Positions 62,538 to 64,000 of a DNA stretch of 64,000 nt are shown here, in pieces. Position numbers and translations under genes: made by a program. Every line of letters begins with the position of its first letter. Position 1 is the first letter of the stretch. Source of the DNA: the human T2T-CHM13v2.0 reference genome, Homo sapiens; NCBI RefSeq assembly GCF_009914755.1, contig NC_060925.1; one strand, 5' to 3'. The notes beneath the pieces were generated by a model. That model was not told the origin of the DNA, made no database searches, and worked only from the letters and a program-made list of their open reading frames with translations.

Positions 62538-64000
62538 TGAGACAGGGTCTCACTCTGTTGCCCAGGCTGGAGTGCAGTGGCGTGATCATGGCTCACTTCA
62601 GTCTCAGCCTCCTGGGCTCAAGTGCTCCTCCTGGCTCAGTCCCTTGAATAGCTAGGAGCACAAGCCTGTACCACCATGCCCGGCTAAGTTTCGAAACAAA
62701 TTTTATTTGTATAGACAGGGTCTTGCCATGTTGTCCAGGCTGGTCTCAAACTCCTGGCATCAAGTGATCCTCCCGCCTCAGCCTCCCAAAGTGCTGGGAT
62801 TACAGGCATGAGCCACCGCGCCTGGCCAGTCGCATTTTATGGATAGGAAAACTGGGCTCACAGAGTTTAGGTGGCAGGCCCTTGGTCAGTAGTCGATAGA
62901 GTCAGGGTTCAAACCCAAGTCTGACTTCAAAGCTCACGGCCATGACCATGGCCTGGACCCAGGCTGGTCCTGGGGCACCTTTCCCACCTCTCCAGCCATC
63001 CTGTGTTCCTGGCCCCCTGTGCATTCCACAAAACCTAGGATCTAAGGTGGGAGACAGAGTGGAGGATAGAGCAAGGGACCTATGAGATGCAGGCCTGGAA
63101 TGGTGGATCTGGGGCCAGTGTCAGCCAGGCTCTGCACTCCCAAGGTGTCAGCCAGGGGCAGTGGCCCGGGCTGGCACCCGCGGTGACAAGAGAACACTAG
63201 TGTGGTGGTCACCGCAGGCGGCTGCTGTTATGCTCTTGGCCCTACTTTAAAAATAGTCAGAACTTCAAACATGGACTCCCAAGGAAAACAAACAGTCCCG
63301 CGTCCGTCTGCCCGCACACCAGCTGGTGGGTAAAATTAGCCTGGTGGTGACTACAGAGCCGTGAGGCCCGGCCCCGCTGTTTGCCCAGGCTGCGGTGGGC
63401 TGGCTCCCAGCTGTGGGCTGCCCCAAAGACCTCCCTGGCTGGAGCCTCTCCCTGCACGCATTCAGCCTTCCACCATGGGAGAGGAGGCTCTGGGAGTCCC
63501 TGCCCTCAGCTGCACGAATACAGCAGGGCCCTAGTGCCATAGCCGGAAAAGCCCTGGGTTTGAATCCTGATGCTGCCACTTCCTGGCTCTGTGGCCTTCG
63601 GGGGAAAAAACCAATTTCTGTGCCCATTTTTTTAGTTGGAAAACAGGTGACCAGGGTTTATTGCAGCCTTGGTATGAAGTTGAGTCAGAATGTATCTTAA
63701 ATGCTTAGTGCCTGACACACAGGGAACGCTCTGTAAATGGTCTGATTCTTATTCGAGTGGGAGTTCTGTGGATTCCGGGAAGCCAAGTAAGGTAAGTTAT
63801 CAGCTCCTCCAATATCCCTAGAAGCGCCAAACCACCGTCCCAATAGACTCGTGATTTCATCTCCCCACGCTGGACAAGTAAGGCCCAGAGATGACTGAGG
63901 CCTGGCTCACCAGGCTGGGAAAGTGTCCACACCATCTCCAGGGACTCCAGGAGTCCAGGTTCCAAGCCGAGGTCACTGGGGCTTCTGGGCATCTTGGAAC

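Noticed and set aside
63940-64000. Possible ALPL exon 7
   Set aside because: No acceptor followed by the expected VIMGGGRKYM coding sequence inside the window; it must start beyond 64000.

Overview
Primate (human-type) genomic DNA, very rich in Alu elements (about 50 copies or fragments, about 70% antisense to the gene). It holds the 5' part of ALPL (tissue-nonspecific alkaline phosphatase) on the + strand: CpG-island/TATA promoter, non-coding exon 1 (ends 5449), a 44.5-kb intron 1, and exons 2-6 encoding residues 1-216. These cover the signal peptide, Asp60, catalytic Ser110, His171/Thr173 and Arg184. The window ends in intron 6. Other repeats recognised by eye: a solo HERV-H LTR7 in intron 2, a MER57-type LTR element, MER47A, Tigger1, MER5A, MER102, MLT1, and L1/L2/MIR fragments. 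The unexplained signals that stand out are in intron 1. (1) A 40-codon ORF below the track cutoff (43352-43474) with a strong Kozak context, 90% GC3 and a splice donor, encoding a single-pass membrane microprotein. (2) A 167-bp, 98%-identical non-Alu inverted repeat pair 912 bp apart. (3) A ~300-bp diverged direct duplication. (4) SOX-OCT, FOXA and HNF4-like motif clusters that could explain pluripotent and liver expression. Exon coordinates were counted exactly. Repeat boundaries and family names are approximate and come from memory of consensus sequences.
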